Source: Gemmatimonadaceae bacterium
Lineage (GTDB): Bacteria > Gemmatimonadota > Gemmatimonadetes > Gemmatimonadales > Gemmatimonadaceae
Reading direction: 5' to 3'
DNA: 40,002 bases
NCBI GenBank assembly: GCA_044224875.1
Contig: JBGAJQ010000050.1
Span: 1 to 40,002, forward strand
The position numbers were made by a program, and so were the translations under genes. The notes beneath the pieces were generated by a model. That model saw only the letters and a program-made list of their open reading frames with translations, had not been told where the DNA came from and searched no databases. Below are positions 18,582 through 29,456 of the stretch, piece by piece (the first letter of the stretch is position 1; each line of letters begins with the position of its first letter).

Positions 18582-21500
18582 TGCGCGTCCTGCTGGTAGG
18601 GACGCCAGCGGATGACGAGTCTGCGGCTGCCGCCGCTTGGCTCGATACGCACGGATTCGTCTGGCGTCAGCAGGAAGGGGCCGCGGCTTCAGCGCAGGAC
18701 ATGGAATGGGCAGACGCCGTCTGGTGTCACTCGCGGACGATCTGGCAGCCCGACGACCTTTCCGCTGCACTCCTGACGAGGCTGACCACGACCGGAGGAG
18801 TACTGCTTACGCAGCTGGCGTGCACGCTGCCGGCCGCCTGCGGACTGGAACCCACAGCGCCGGAGTTGCAGCTCGGGTGCTTCATCGAGGCAGACGACCC
18901 GCTCCAGGATCTCGCGTTCAGGGATTGGCCCGACTTCCCGCATATTCGCGGCATGCAGGGGTGGAGCGGCGGCCGCCATCCCTTGTTCGAGGGATTTGTC
19001 AACGGAACATACTGCCGTCAGCTTCACGATCAGGACGACTTGTACGACGCCGGGTATCTCTGGCCCAATTGGCCCACGGCAGGCCGAGTGATCGCGGTCG
19101 AACGAGCCTACGTGCGGCTGAATAGCCGACGCGCGGTTGCATGGGAGTACTCGGTGGGAGCGCGGCGAGTGCTCTGCCTTGGCGCGCACGTGCAGCTGAC
19201 GGGGCGGGCGCACGCGCTGCGGGCCCAACGTGATCGACTGCTCGGCAACGCGTTGTCGCTGGCGGCCCGTGCGCAGCCCATCGGGGTGGCGGACACCGCT
19301 TGGCCCGTGCCCCACGCATCCGTCACAGGTGGCCCGCGGGAGCGCCGCGAGCCGGGGGAGCGAGCACACCGCTTGCAAAGGGAGGCTGGTCCGATCGACG
19401 CGGCGCGTCCTTCCTCCGTCGCGCAGGTCAGAACCGCGGACGATGGGCCCAGAATCCGCTCCACCGGGGACGCCGACGCGCCATACACCTTAGCCGGCCG
19501 ACGCGCGTTCGCCGTCGGCACCGAACGATCAGGCGTCGATGACCTGTGGATTCATCCGCTGGCCGTGGTAACCGGTGGCATTGCCCTGACGATCAACGGG
19601 AACGCGCCGATTCCGGTGGCCTTTCAAGTCACACCGGTAAGCACGACGCGTACGTTGCAGCTGGCGAATGCGACATGGCATGAGCGAGTGACCCCGAGTC
19701 ACGATCAAGGCCACGTGCTCGTGGAGTACTTCGGCGACATACCCGACGGCACAGAGGTCACCTTCCAGATGCCCGTGCGGCTCGAGTGGCCGTACGAGGC
19801 CGATCTCCTGGCCCCCCTCGAGGCGGTTCTGACTCCGTGCGGCCACGGAGACCACCTGATCACCGTGACCGGGGCAGATGGCTGCCATGGTGCGTCCGTG
19901 CAGATCACCGGCGCAAGCCACGTCGTCCTGACCCTCGATCCCTGTCGCCGCGCATCGTTGTCCACGCCACAGCTGCAACACCGCTGCAGTTGATGTTCAT
20001 GGCGCGTCCGGAAGGTGGGGCACCCACTACCATAATCTACGCTCCCCCAGGACCTCCTGGAGCGTCGTGAAGCGCACGTTCGGTCGCTTCGCCAGCGAAC
20101 GGCGTGCTTTGCGTCGCCTGACGAGTCCCTGAATAGCGCCGTGGCGTGGGCCGCACATCGGTTGGACATGTTCCTCGCTGTGCCGCCAACCGGCGGACTC
20201 TCGCTCATGGCCGGCTACGCACGGTCGCGAACAGGGTGGAGCGAGTCGCGCCCCGGGTATGCGTGGTTCTTTGGACGTGACGCGTGCTGGTCAGCCGACG
20301 CCATGCTCGCGGTGGGCATGTTCGAGGAGGTCCGCGAGATCGTTCGCCACCTTGCCGCGACGCGCGATGTGACCGGGAAGATCTATCACGAGCTGACGAC
20401 GAGCGAGGTGTGCCACTACGATGCCGCCGATGCGACCCCGCTTTTCCTCCGATTGGTCGCTCGCTACTACCAGACCACCGGAGATCGGGACACGATACAC
20501 GAGGTCTGGGATGCGGTGCGGCACGGCGTCGCGTTTGTCGCCTCGACGGATCGCGATGGCGACGGACTCCCCGAGAACACAGACATCGGGCACGGGTGGA
20601 TCGAGTCCGGGCCACTCGGTGGTGGGCGCTTGACGTCGTACATGGCCGCGCTGTGGATCGACGCGCTCGATCAGTTGTTGATCCTGGCGGAGGTGATGGA
20701 GGACGCGGCCATGGGTGCGTGGCTTTCCCGTGCGCGCGTGCACGCGATCGACGGCATGGAGCGCAGTTTGCGTGACCCTCGGACTGGTAGGCTCGGACTG
20801 CAGCGCAACGCCGACGGCTCGCTGGTGACCGACCTGACGGCACTGAGTGCCGTACCTATTGCGCTGGGTGTCGACAACGCCGCCGCTAGTGTTGATGTCT
20901 TGCAGTCCCTCACGAGCCCCGCTTTCGCGACCCCGTGGGGAATACGCATGTTGCCGAACACGCACGAGCGGTATGCTCCGACCGGATATCACAATGGCGC
21001 CGTGTGGCCACTCTTCACTGGGTGGACGGCTCTCGCTTGCTTTGCGCGCGGCCGGTCGAGGGCGGGTTGGGAGCTGCTGCGAGCGAACGCGTCGCTGGCC
21101 GCCGTCCGGGCCAAGGGGGCGTTTGATGAGGTCCTGAACGGCGACACCGGCCAAGCCGCCGGGGTGTGTCCCGATCAGGCGTGGTCCGCGGCAATGGTGA
21201 TCGCGCCCGCCCTGCACGGCCTGTGGGGTGTGCGACCGAGTCGCGGGGGCCGAGCGCTGACACTGCGATTGCAGCTCCCGCGAGAATGGAATAGCGCCTT
21301 CCTCGACGGATTGCGCGTTGGCGGTGCAACACTGGACATTCGGGTTAACCAACAGTCCACCGAAGGCGAGTGCCACCTCCACTGCACCATCGACAGGCGC
21401 GACGGAGCCATGGAGTCGGTTGCGGTCGAAGTGCTGGTCGGCCCTGGCGAGGAGGCGCGGGCGCACGGCGTCGATTGCCCCCAGCTGGTACAGGGTCCGC

Positions 21501-21589
21501 CGGGGACCGAGGGCACTTGGTACCGATGGGAGATTGCCGCGCCGCGCGCACGAGAGGTGTTTACCATAAGGGTTGGCGTGCCGTCGTGA
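18581..21589 (+). CDS. Large glycoside hydrolase (amylo-alpha-1,6-glucosidase/debranching-like C-domain) with an N-terminal GATase1/ThuA-like domain; two compensating frameshifts near 19940 and 20035
   Basis: ORFs 18575-19993 and 20141-21589 share a frame, bridged by 'SPRIVVHATAATPLQLMFMARPEGG' in another frame. C-domain has 'RPGYAWFFGRD', 'HYDAADATPLF', 'GYHNGAVWP', 'CPDQAWS'. TGATG coupling with the upstream gene. Confidence 0.72.
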
Positions 21590-21657
21590 CTTCCCTGGTC
21601 ACAAACGCTAAGATGCCGCGCCAACCTGGCGATGAATCGAGGAGTATCTAGCGACAG

Positions 21658-22725
21658 ATGGCTGCGATCACGTTCGAGAAAGTCTCCAAGGTGTTTGACA
21701 ACGGCGCCAAGGCGGTGGACGCGCTGACCTTGGAGGTACCCGACGGTCAATTCAGCGTGTTGGTCGGCCCCTCGGGCTGCGGAAAGACGACGGCGCTGCG
21801 CATGATCGCCGGGCTCGAGACGCCCAGTGCGGGACGGATATTCCTTGGGGAACGGGACATCACTGACTTGCCACCCCGCGATCGCGATGTGGCCATGGTG
21901 TTCCAGAACTACGCGTTGTACCCACACCTCACGGTGCTCGAGAACATCACGTTCGGGCTCCGCATGCGTGGGATGGCCGAGTCGGATGCCAATCGGCGCG
22001 CACGCGAGGCCGCTACATCGTTAGGCATCCAGGACTTCTTCGACCGGCGCCCGGCGCAGCTGTCCGGTGGTCAGCGCCAACGAGTCGCGCTCGCTCGCGC
22101 GATCGTGCGCGAACCCGCCGTCTTCCTCTTTGACGAGCCCCTGTCCAACTTGGATGCACAAGTACGCGCACAAACTCGCGCCGAACTGGTGCGGCTGCAG
22201 CGGCGGCTCGGCGCCACCGTCCTGTATGTCACGCACGACCAGGTGGAGGCCATGACCATGGCCTCGCGTGTGGCCGTGATGAACGGTGGCCGGCTGGAAC
22301 AGGTGGCCGCACCTCTGGACATCTACCAGCGTCCTTCGTCGCTCTTCGTGGCGTCTTTCGTAGGGTCACCGTCCATCAATCGATTCCGTGGCCGCGTGGA
22401 GCGCTCCACCCAGGGGGCTCACTTCGTGGGTGCGCTCACGGTGCCCGTTGGAGCAGGCGACATGCCATCCGCGACGTTGGCCGTGCGCCCCGAACACTTG
22501 AAGATCGGACCCGCAGAGGGTGCCGTGAAAGCGTCGGTCACATTGGTGGAGGCGCTCGGCCCCGAGACACTGGTGCATCTCCAACTCGACACCAGTGAGA
22601 CCGCCGTGGTTCGAGCTGCCGGCGCACACACCTTGCCGATTGGCGCGGTCGTGCCGGTTACCGTGAATGCGGCCAATGCACTGCTGTACCACGATTCCGG
22701 GGCGCTGGCGTGGGCCGGTTCCTGA
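21658..22725 (+). CDS. Carbohydrate ABC transporter ATP-binding protein (MalK/UgpC family)
   Basis: Walker A GPSGCGKT, 'VFQNYALYPH', LSGGQRQR, 'FLFDEPLSNLD', 'YVTHDQVEAMT', C-terminal TOBE. Confidence 0.95.
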   Translation: MAAITFEKVSKVFDNGAKAVDALTLEVPDGQFSVLVGPSGCGKTTALRMIAGLETPSAGRIFLGERDITDLPPRDRDVAMVFQNYALYPHLTVLENITFGLRMRGMAESDANRRAREAATSLGIQDFFDRRPAQLSGGQRQRVALARAIVREPAVFLFDEPLSNLDAQVRAQTRAELVRLQRRLGATVLYVTHDQVEAMTMASRVAVMNGGRLEQVAAPLDIYQRPSSLFVASFVGSPSINRFRGRVERSTQGAHFVGALTVPVGAGDMPSATLAVRPEHLKIGPAEGAVKASVTLVEALGPETLVHLQLDTSETAVVRAAGAHTLPIGAVVPVTVNAANALLYHDSGALAWAGS

Positions 22726-23990
22726 CGACGGCAACGGCCGCGTTGGCGATGGCCACGCTCGCCTGCGGACAGGGAAGGGAGGTCGTCGTGTTGCGCATGA
22801 CCTCCTGGCAGTCACCCGAAGAGAATGCCCTCGACCGCTCGGCTATTGAGGCGTTCGAGAAGGCGCACCCCGGAGTCCGCGTGGTAAATGAGCCGGTCTC
22901 CAATCAGGCGGAGTACCGGGAAAAGGTCATCACCAACATTGCATCGGGCGCCCCACCCGACGTGTTGCTGCTGGATGGGATCGACTTCCCGGCCTTTGTC
23001 GACAGTGACGTCCTGTTGGACCTGACGGCCTTCGCACCGCGGGTCGGAATCGATCTGGCCTGGTACTATCCCAACGTTCTCGACATGTTTGCGCGCGGCG
23101 GGCACGTGTACGCGCTGCCCAAGGGCTTTTCGCCCATGGTGATCTATTACAACCGCGCCATGTTTGACCGGGCCGGCGTCCCCTATCCGCGGGACAGCTG
23201 GACCTTTGACGACTATGTGCAAACCGCGCGCGCCCTCACCCGAGACACTAACGGTGACGGCACGCCTGACGAGTGGGGGGCGGTGCTGCTGCGCCCGTTT
23301 TACACGTGGCAGGCGTTCGTCTGGAGCGGTGGCGGAGACATCCTCACACCCGACGGGTTGCGGGCCACTGGAGCGCTGGATAGCCCGGCCACGGATTCGG
23401 CGCTTGCGTTCCTGACAGGACTCGTCGTCCGACACCATGTCGCCCCAAAACCGAACGCATTTCGCGCGGTCACCGGCAATGAGACGCGACTGTTCTATAG
23501 CGGCAAGCTCGCCATGTTGCCCAGCGGGCACTGGCTCATCCCGAACATCAAGCGCGAGCTGGCACTGGGTCACTTGCGGTTGGGGGTGACGTCCACGCCC
23601 CGCGCGCCAGCGGCCTTCCCGTCCACGCCGCTCTTTGCCTCGGGCTGGGCCGTGCCTCGGAATACGGCACACCGCAAGTTAGCGGTTGAGCTGGCGGCTG
23701 CCCTCGCCGGGCCAGCAGCGCAGAAGTCCCGCCTCGAAGCTGGGTTGGAGCTGTCGACGATTCCTTCGGTGCAAGAGGCGTTTGCCAGTCGAGACACCCT
23801 TGGACTCGAGTCCGCGTTCCTGCGCCAGGTTCCGTTCGGTCGCCCCCCTTGGGGTGCTCGTATCGCTCGATATCGTGAGGTGGAGGCATTGCTCCCCGAC
23901 ATCATCGACCGCGTCGTCATTCGTGGCGAGAGCGTTCACGCCGTCACCTCGGATGTCGCGCGCAAGGTGGACGCCGTGTTGGCCCGATGA
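22710..23990 (+). CDS. Sugar ABC transporter substrate-binding lipoprotein
   Basis: Lipobox TLAC; 'FEKAHPGVRV', 'YALP...IYYNRAMFDRAGV', 'WTFDDY'; DTNGDG Dx[DN]xDG loop. Confidence 0.92.
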   Translation: MGRFLTTATAALAMATLACGQGREVVVLRMTSWQSPEENALDRSAIEAFEKAHPGVRVVNEPVSNQAEYREKVITNIASGAPPDVLLLDGIDFPAFVDSDVLLDLTAFAPRVGIDLAWYYPNVLDMFARGGHVYALPKGFSPMVIYYNRAMFDRAGVPYPRDSWTFDDYVQTARALTRDTNGDGTPDEWGAVLLRPFYTWQAFVWSGGGDILTPDGLRATGALDSPATDSALAFLTGLVVRHHVAPKPNAFRAVTGNETRLFYSGKLAMLPSGHWLIPNIKRELALGHLRLGVTSTPRAPAAFPSTPLFASGWAVPRNTAHRKLAVELAAALAGPAAQKSRLEAGLELSTIPSVQEAFASRDTLGLESAFLRQVPFGRPPWGARIARYREVEALLPDIIDRVVIRGESVHAVTSDVARKVDAVLAR

Positions 23991-25603
23991 ACCCGGTACG
24001 GCTGATCTCCAACGTCGGACTGGCCGGCGTTTGCGCGATGTACGCGGTACTCACCGTGGCCATCGGCCAACGTACGAGCGCCACCGTGGCCTATGCGCGG
24101 GTGGCGCAGGAGGCACGCAGCGTCGGGCGCATGCTACGCGAAGGGGCTCGGCGTACACCCATTACCGTCGCACCACTGCTTTCATCCGGAACCGTCACCC
24201 GCGTACGCGCGGAACTCCAACCTCGCTTTGGGCGCGAGGTCGAGCGAATCGGCGCCGAGGACCGCACGCTGGTCCTTGGTACGTGGGGGACCCAGGCGGT
24301 CGTCATACCGGTGAAGGATGCGGACGATTGGGAGATCGTTGGCGCTGTCGCGTTAGGTGCCGACGCCCTGCGTGGCTTGCCACTGCTGCTCACAATCGCC
24401 GTCATGGCCGCGCTGTTGGCGTTTTCACAAGGCACGCTCGCCATCAAACGTCTGGCCGAGGGGGACTCGGCGGGTGGGCATCTTGGCGTCATTGGCGCGT
24501 TGGTGGCCCTTCTGCTGGGTAGTGCCATCGTCATCGTGCGGGCACGCCTGGAAATACTCACGGGGGCGAGCGCAATTGGCTCGACGGCCCTCGCCGCGTT
24601 GCGGTTCGACCCGTCCGCGTTAAACCTGCCCAATCAGCCCATGACCGCGATTGGCCTGGCCCTCGTTGGACTGGCGGCGTCCGGGTTGGTGCTGGCGGCA
24701 GCGTGGATGAACTCCGCTCGGCGGCCTTGGGCGGTACGACTCGAAACGTGGACGGCGTGGAGCTTTCTCGCACCGAGTGCGCTGCACTTGCTGGTGCTGA
24801 CTGCCGGCCCCCTGCTGTTCACCCTCTGGGTCTCGCTCCACGACTGGGATTTGCTGCGCCCCAGCTCCCCCTTTGTCGGTCTCGCCAACTATAGGGAGAT
24901 GGTACGCGATCCGCTCTTCTGGAACGCGCTGAAGAACACGGCGGTCTACGCGTTGTACGTCCCGGTCACCATGGTGTTGGCGTTAGGCGCAGCGATCCTG
25001 CTGAACCGGCCCATGCGTGGGGTGAAGGTCCTGCGTGCCATGGTGTTTCTGCCGACCGTCGTGTCCTTTGCCGCCATCGCAATTGTCTGGCAGTGGATGT
25101 TCAACGCCGACTATGGGGTGCTGAACTACCTGTTGAAGCTCATCGGCATTCCCGTCGTCGACTGGCTCGGCAATCCAACCACGGCGCTGATCGCGGTGAT
25201 GATTGTCTCGGCGTGGATTCAGCTGGGGTACCAGATGGTGATCTACCTGGCGGGGCTGCAGGGCATTCCTGCCACGCTGTACGAAGCCGCCATACTGGAC
25301 GGAGCAAGTGCGTGGGGCCGCTTTCGCCGCATCACGGTGCCACTACTGCGTCCCACCAGCACGTACCTGTTTGTGACCGGCGTGATCTGGTCGTTCCAGG
25401 TTTTCACGTTGGTCTATGTGATGACGGAAGGTGGTCCCGTGCACGCCACGGACGTCCTCGTCTATCGCATCTACCAGAATGCGTGGGAATTTCGCCGCAT
25501 GGGTTTTGCAAGTGCCATGAGCTGGTTCCTCTTTGCGCTGTTGCTGGTCCTCACGGTGGCGCAGTGGAAGGTGCTGAATCGACGGGTGGACCATGCCACG
25601 TAA
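23987..25603 (+). CDS. Sugar ABC transporter permease (MalF-type) with a ~250-aa N-terminal extension
   Basis: C-half 'FVGLANY...FWNALKNT...YLAGLQGIPATLYEAAILDGAS' (EAA loop); extra N-terminal TM helices and a soluble domain. Confidence 0.9.
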   Translation: MNPVRLISNVGLAGVCAMYAVLTVAIGQRTSATVAYARVAQEARSVGRMLREGARRTPITVAPLLSSGTVTRVRAELQPRFGREVERIGAEDRTLVLGTWGTQAVVIPVKDADDWEIVGAVALGADALRGLPLLLTIAVMAALLAFSQGTLAIKRLAEGDSAGGHLGVIGALVALLLGSAIVIVRARLEILTGASAIGSTALAALRFDPSALNLPNQPMTAIGLALVGLAASGLVLAAAWMNSARRPWAVRLETWTAWSFLAPSALHLLVLTAGPLLFTLWVSLHDWDLLRPSSPFVGLANYREMVRDPLFWNALKNTAVYALYVPVTMVLALGAAILLNRPMRGVKVLRAMVFLPTVVSFAAIAIVWQWMFNADYGVLNYLLKLIGIPVVDWLGNPTTALIAVMIVSAWIQLGYQMVIYLAGLQGIPATLYEAAILDGASAWGRFRRITVPLLRPTSTYLFVTGVIWSFQVFTLVYVMTEGGPVHATDVLVYRIYQNAWEFRRMGFASAMSWFLFALLLVLTVAQWKVLNRRVDHAT

Positions 25604-26432
25604 GTCCGCTCGAACAGAGGCGTCGCCCAAGCAGGGGATCGCCATGGCGGCCGCCGTGCTCCTCGCCGTCGTCATGTTGTCGCCATTCCTCTGGATGCTC
25701 GGCACGTCGTTGATGGGCGAGTTCGAGGTGTTTCAATATCCTCCGGCCTTGTGGCCATCTGCTCCGCGCTGGCAGAACTACCCGGAGGCGCTGACGGCGC
25801 TCCCGTTCGGGCGGTTCTTCCTCAATTCCGCGACGTTGGCGCTCTTCACCGTCGTCGGTCAGGTATCCACTGGTGCGGCCGCTGGGTACGCGTTCGCGCG
25901 CTTCCGGTTCGCCGGGCAATCGGCCTTGTTCGCCGGCTACCTCGCCGCCCTGATGGTTCCGGCCATCGTGTTGCTCATACCCCGGTTCCTTATCATAGAT
26001 GCGTTAGGCGGTGTGGATACGGTTGCCGGCTTGGTGTCAACGGAACTGGTCAGCGCGTGGAGCGTGTTCATGATGCGGCAGTTCTTTCTGTCTCTCCCGC
26101 GGGAGATGGAGGACGCCGCCCGTATCGATGGGGCGGGGGAGTGGGCCGTCTTCTGGCACATCGCCCTTCCACTGGCCCGGCCTGCACTCGCGACCCTGGC
26201 GCTTTTCAGTTTCATCGACGCCTGGAAGAACTTCTTGTGGCCCCTCGTGGTCACCCGGTCCATGGATCAGCGCGTCGTGGAGGTCGGCATCGCCTCCTTC
26301 CACGGGCTGTACTACGCCAATTGGCCCTACCAGATGGCTGCCGCCGTTGTGGCGCTCATCCCGATCATCATCGTCTTCGGGTTCACCCAGCGATACTTCA
26401 CGCGCGGTATCCAGTTGACGGGGTTTCGGTAA
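25593..26432 (+). CDS. Sugar ABC transporter permease (MalG-type)
   Basis: 'AGYAFARFRFAG', 'RQFFLSLPREMEDAARIDGA', 'QRYFTRGI'. Confidence 0.95.
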   Translation: MPRKSARTEASPKQGIAMAAAVLLAVVMLSPFLWMLGTSLMGEFEVFQYPPALWPSAPRWQNYPEALTALPFGRFFLNSATLALFTVVGQVSTGAAAGYAFARFRFAGQSALFAGYLAALMVPAIVLLIPRFLIIDALGGVDTVAGLVSTELVSAWSVFMMRQFFLSLPREMEDAARIDGAGEWAVFWHIALPLARPALATLALFSFIDAWKNFLWPLVVTRSMDQRVVEVGIASFHGLYYANWPYQMAAAVVALIPIIIVFGFTQRYFTRGIQLTGFR

Positions 26433-26490
26433 CCCTGTCCGAGCCGCGAAGCGGCCACGTCGTTACCTCGGGGCACCTTAGTCGGTCATA

Positions 26491-28092
26491 ATGTCCGAGG
26501 GGAGGAATCCCCGACTGACCGCTTCTCACTCCGAGTTCGACATGAACGCCGAACAAGTTGCTCCGCCGCCAGCTACACCACTGGCGGTGATTGCCGACGT
26601 TGCGACCCGACTTGCGAACAGCGAGCACCTCGTGGCGAAGGTACAGGACGTACTCGCGATGCTTCGCGCCGCAACGGGCGTGGACGAGTGTGCACTCTGG
26701 CTCCATGGCCCCGACGGGCTGTTTTGTGCCGCGCGCGCCGGTGCCACGCTCGTACCCGTAGGAGTGGTCAGCGCAGCGCTCGAGCGGAATGCGACGCCTA
26801 CGCCGGGGTTCATCGTCCGTCGTGTCGTCGTCGGGACTCGCCAATTGGGCGCCATCACTGCTGCCACGGGGCAAGCAGGGGCTGAACTGGAGCAGGTGCT
26901 GGAGACGGTCGCGCGAATGGTCGCGTCCTCATTGTCCCACGCCGAGCACATCGGGCAGCTGCAGGGCGAGCTGGACGCCCGCACCCGTCAGATCGACGAC
27001 CAGCGGAAGTTCACGGAGAAGGTCATCGACTCGCTGCCTGTTGGCCTGTACGTCGTCGACCGCGAGTATCGCGTACAGGTGTGGAACAGAAATCGTGAGA
27101 CCGGGCTCCAGGGCATTTCACGGGAGAAGGCCCTTGGCCGGACGATCTTCGAGATCCTCCACCGACAACCGGCTGAGGCACTGCGAAGGGAAATCGACGA
27201 GGTGTTTCGATCCGGTCGCATCCAGCAGTTCAACATCGAGTCGCGCGGCAGCGGTGAACCGCGCACGTACCGCATCACCAAGATCCCGATGCGATTGACG
27301 GACGGGCAAATCACCCACGTCATCAACATCGGCGAAGACGTCACCGATTGGACGACTGCGCAAAACCGCTTCGCGCAATCCGAGAAGCTGTCGGCCATCG
27401 GGCAACTCGCCGCCGGCGTCATGCACGAGGTCAACAATCCGCTGGCCACCATCGCGGCCTGCGCAGAGAGCCTGGGTCTTCGCCTCGACGACCTGCGCGA
27501 TGGCGGAGTGGAAATTCCGGCGCAGGCCGGGGAGTTCATCCGCATCATCGACGACGAGGTCCATCGCTGCAAGGGCATCGTCGAGCGATTGCTCGACTTC
27601 TCACGTCCGCCAGCCGCAAAGAGGGAGCCCGTCAGCATCAACGCGGTCGTCGATCAGACGCTCTTCCTGCTCAAGCATCACGGACGCTTCAAGAAGTTCA
27701 AGGTACAAACCCTGTACGACACGTCGCTCGGCCCTGTGCTGGCGAACGCCGACCAGCTGGTCCAGGTGTTCATGGCCCTGCTCATCAATGCCGCCGACGC
27801 CATGAGCGACACCGGCAGCATCACCATTCGCACCCGGCGCGGCGCCTCGCCAAGCGAAGCCGTCGTCGCGGAAGTGATTGACGAAGGGCCCGGAATTCCC
27901 CGCACGGAGCTTCCGAAAATCTTCGAGCCCTTCTACACAACGAAGCCGCCTGGCCGCGGCACGGGACTCGGGCTGTCGATTTGCTACGGCATCGTCAGCG
28001 AACATGGCGGACGGATCGAGGTGGATAGCGCGGTCGGTGCTGGTAGCACCTTCCGCATCCTCCTGCCGGCGTCAGCGGACAAGCCCGCATGA
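26491..28092 (+). CDS. PAS-domain sensor histidine kinase (NtrB-like) with a GAF-like N-terminus
   Basis: PAS 'IDSLPVGLYVVDREYRVQVWN'; 'SEKLSAIGQLAAGVMHEVNNPL' H-box; 'FEPFYTTKPPGRGTGLGL'. Start could be 26542. Confidence 0.92.
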   Translation: MSEGRNPRLTASHSEFDMNAEQVAPPPATPLAVIADVATRLANSEHLVAKVQDVLAMLRAATGVDECALWLHGPDGLFCAARAGATLVPVGVVSAALERNATPTPGFIVRRVVVGTRQLGAITAATGQAGAELEQVLETVARMVASSLSHAEHIGQLQGELDARTRQIDDQRKFTEKVIDSLPVGLYVVDREYRVQVWNRNRETGLQGISREKALGRTIFEILHRQPAEALRREIDEVFRSGRIQQFNIESRGSGEPRTYRITKIPMRLTDGQITHVINIGEDVTDWTTAQNRFAQSEKLSAIGQLAAGVMHEVNNPLATIAACAESLGLRLDDLRDGGVEIPAQAGEFIRIIDDEVHRCKGIVERLLDFSRPPAAKREPVSINAVVDQTLFLLKHHGRFKKFKVQTLYDTSLGPVLANADQLVQVFMALLINAADAMSDTGSITIRTRRGASPSEAVVAEVIDEGPGIPRTELPKIFEPFYTTKPPGRGTGLGLSICYGIVSEHGGRIEVDSAVGAGSTFRILLPASADKPA

Positions 28093-29450
28093 GTAGTGCA
28101 CCGCGCATTAAGGTGTTGTTGGCGGAAGACGAACAGCACCTGAGCGCCGTCCTTCGCGACTTTTTGGAGTCGCGTGGCTTTTCCGTGACCGTCACTCACG
28201 ACGGTGCCGCGGCCCTGCACGCCATGCGCCTCGAATCGTTTGATGTGGCGCTCGTCGACATCGTGATGCCGGAACTGGACGGGCTGGAGGTGTTGCGCGC
28301 ACTGCGCGACGAACCATCGCCGCCCGAGGTCATCATCATCACTGGCAACGGCACCATCGAGACGGCCATCACGGCGATGAAACTCGGTGCCTTCGATTAC
28401 CTCTCCAAGCCATATCGCATGGCCGAGATCGAAGTGCTCGTGCGCCGCGCTTACGAGCGACGCTCGCTCACCCGAGAGAATGCATTGCTGCACACGCGGC
28501 TGGCACGCGTTGACCCACTGCCGGACATCGTGACGAAGCATGAGTCCATGCGTGCCGTGCTCGATCTCGTCACTCGTGTCGCGAAGAGCGATTCCCCGGT
28601 GCTCATCACCGGGGAGTCCGGCACCGGAAAGGAGCTGATCGCGCGCGCCCTCCACTATGGTTCCGAACGCGGGGCTGGTCCCCTAGTCGACATCAACTGC
28701 GCGGCCATCGGCGGCGCGAGCGTCGAGTACGAACTGTTCGGCCATGAGGTTGGCGCATTTCCAGGCGCGTCTACGGCGCGCACCGGTCTGCTGGAGTTGG
28801 CCGCGGGTGGCACGCTCTTCATGGACGAGATCTGCGGGTTGGAAGAGCGCCTGCAAGGCGTACTGCTGCGCGCCCTCGAACAGCGGACCTTCATGCGCGT
28901 CGGGGGACGACAAAAGGTCGAGCTGAACGCCCGCATTGTCGCAGCCACCAATCGCGACATCTCACGTCTCGCCAGTGAAGGCGTCTTCCGCGCCGATCTC
29001 TTCTACCGAATCAACACCATCAGCATCGCGCTGCCGCCCCTTCGTGAGCGCACGGCCGACATCCCGCTTCTCGCCGACTACTTCCTGAAGCGCCTCGGCG
29101 GCCCCAATCCACCTCAGCTCAGCGACGATGCGATTCGCGTTATGCAGCGCTACCGCTGGCCGGGTAACGTTCGCGAACTGCGTAACGTGATTGAACGAGC
29201 GGTGCTGCTGGCGCACGACGGGGTGATCGAACCGCGCGACTTGCCGCTGCAGGACGCCGGGCATGGAGTGGCGCCCGTCAACGGCGCGAACGGACACAAA
29301 GCGTTACTGGACGTGGAGCGCGCGCACATCCTCGGCGTGCTGCAGCAGGTCAGCTGGCATCAGGGTCGCGCGGCGTCGATCCTTGGGATATCCTCCAAGA
29401 CCTTGTATCGCAAGATTCGCGAATACGGATTCCAGCGTCCCGCTACCTAG
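28089..29450 (+). CDS. NtrC-family (sigma-54-type) response regulator, GAFTGA loop variant GAFPGA
   Basis: REC domain (DIVMPELDG); GESGTGKE; 'FMDEI'; 'FRADLFYR'; 'WPGNVRELRN'; Fis-type HTH 'LGISSKTLYRK'. Confidence 0.93.
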   Translation: MSSAPRIKVLLAEDEQHLSAVLRDFLESRGFSVTVTHDGAAALHAMRLESFDVALVDIVMPELDGLEVLRALRDEPSPPEVIIITGNGTIETAITAMKLGAFDYLSKPYRMAEIEVLVRRAYERRSLTRENALLHTRLARVDPLPDIVTKHESMRAVLDLVTRVAKSDSPVLITGESGTGKELIARALHYGSERGAGPLVDINCAAIGGASVEYELFGHEVGAFPGASTARTGLLELAAGGTLFMDEICGLEERLQGVLLRALEQRTFMRVGGRQKVELNARIVAATNRDISRLASEGVFRADLFYRINTISIALPPLRERTADIPLLADYFLKRLGGPNPPQLSDDAIRVMQRYRWPGNVRELRNVIERAVLLAHDGVIEPRDLPLQDAGHGVAPVNGANGHKALLDVERAHILGVLQQVSWHQGRAASILGISSKTLYRKIREYGFQRPAT

Positions 29451-29456
29451 TTCTGC

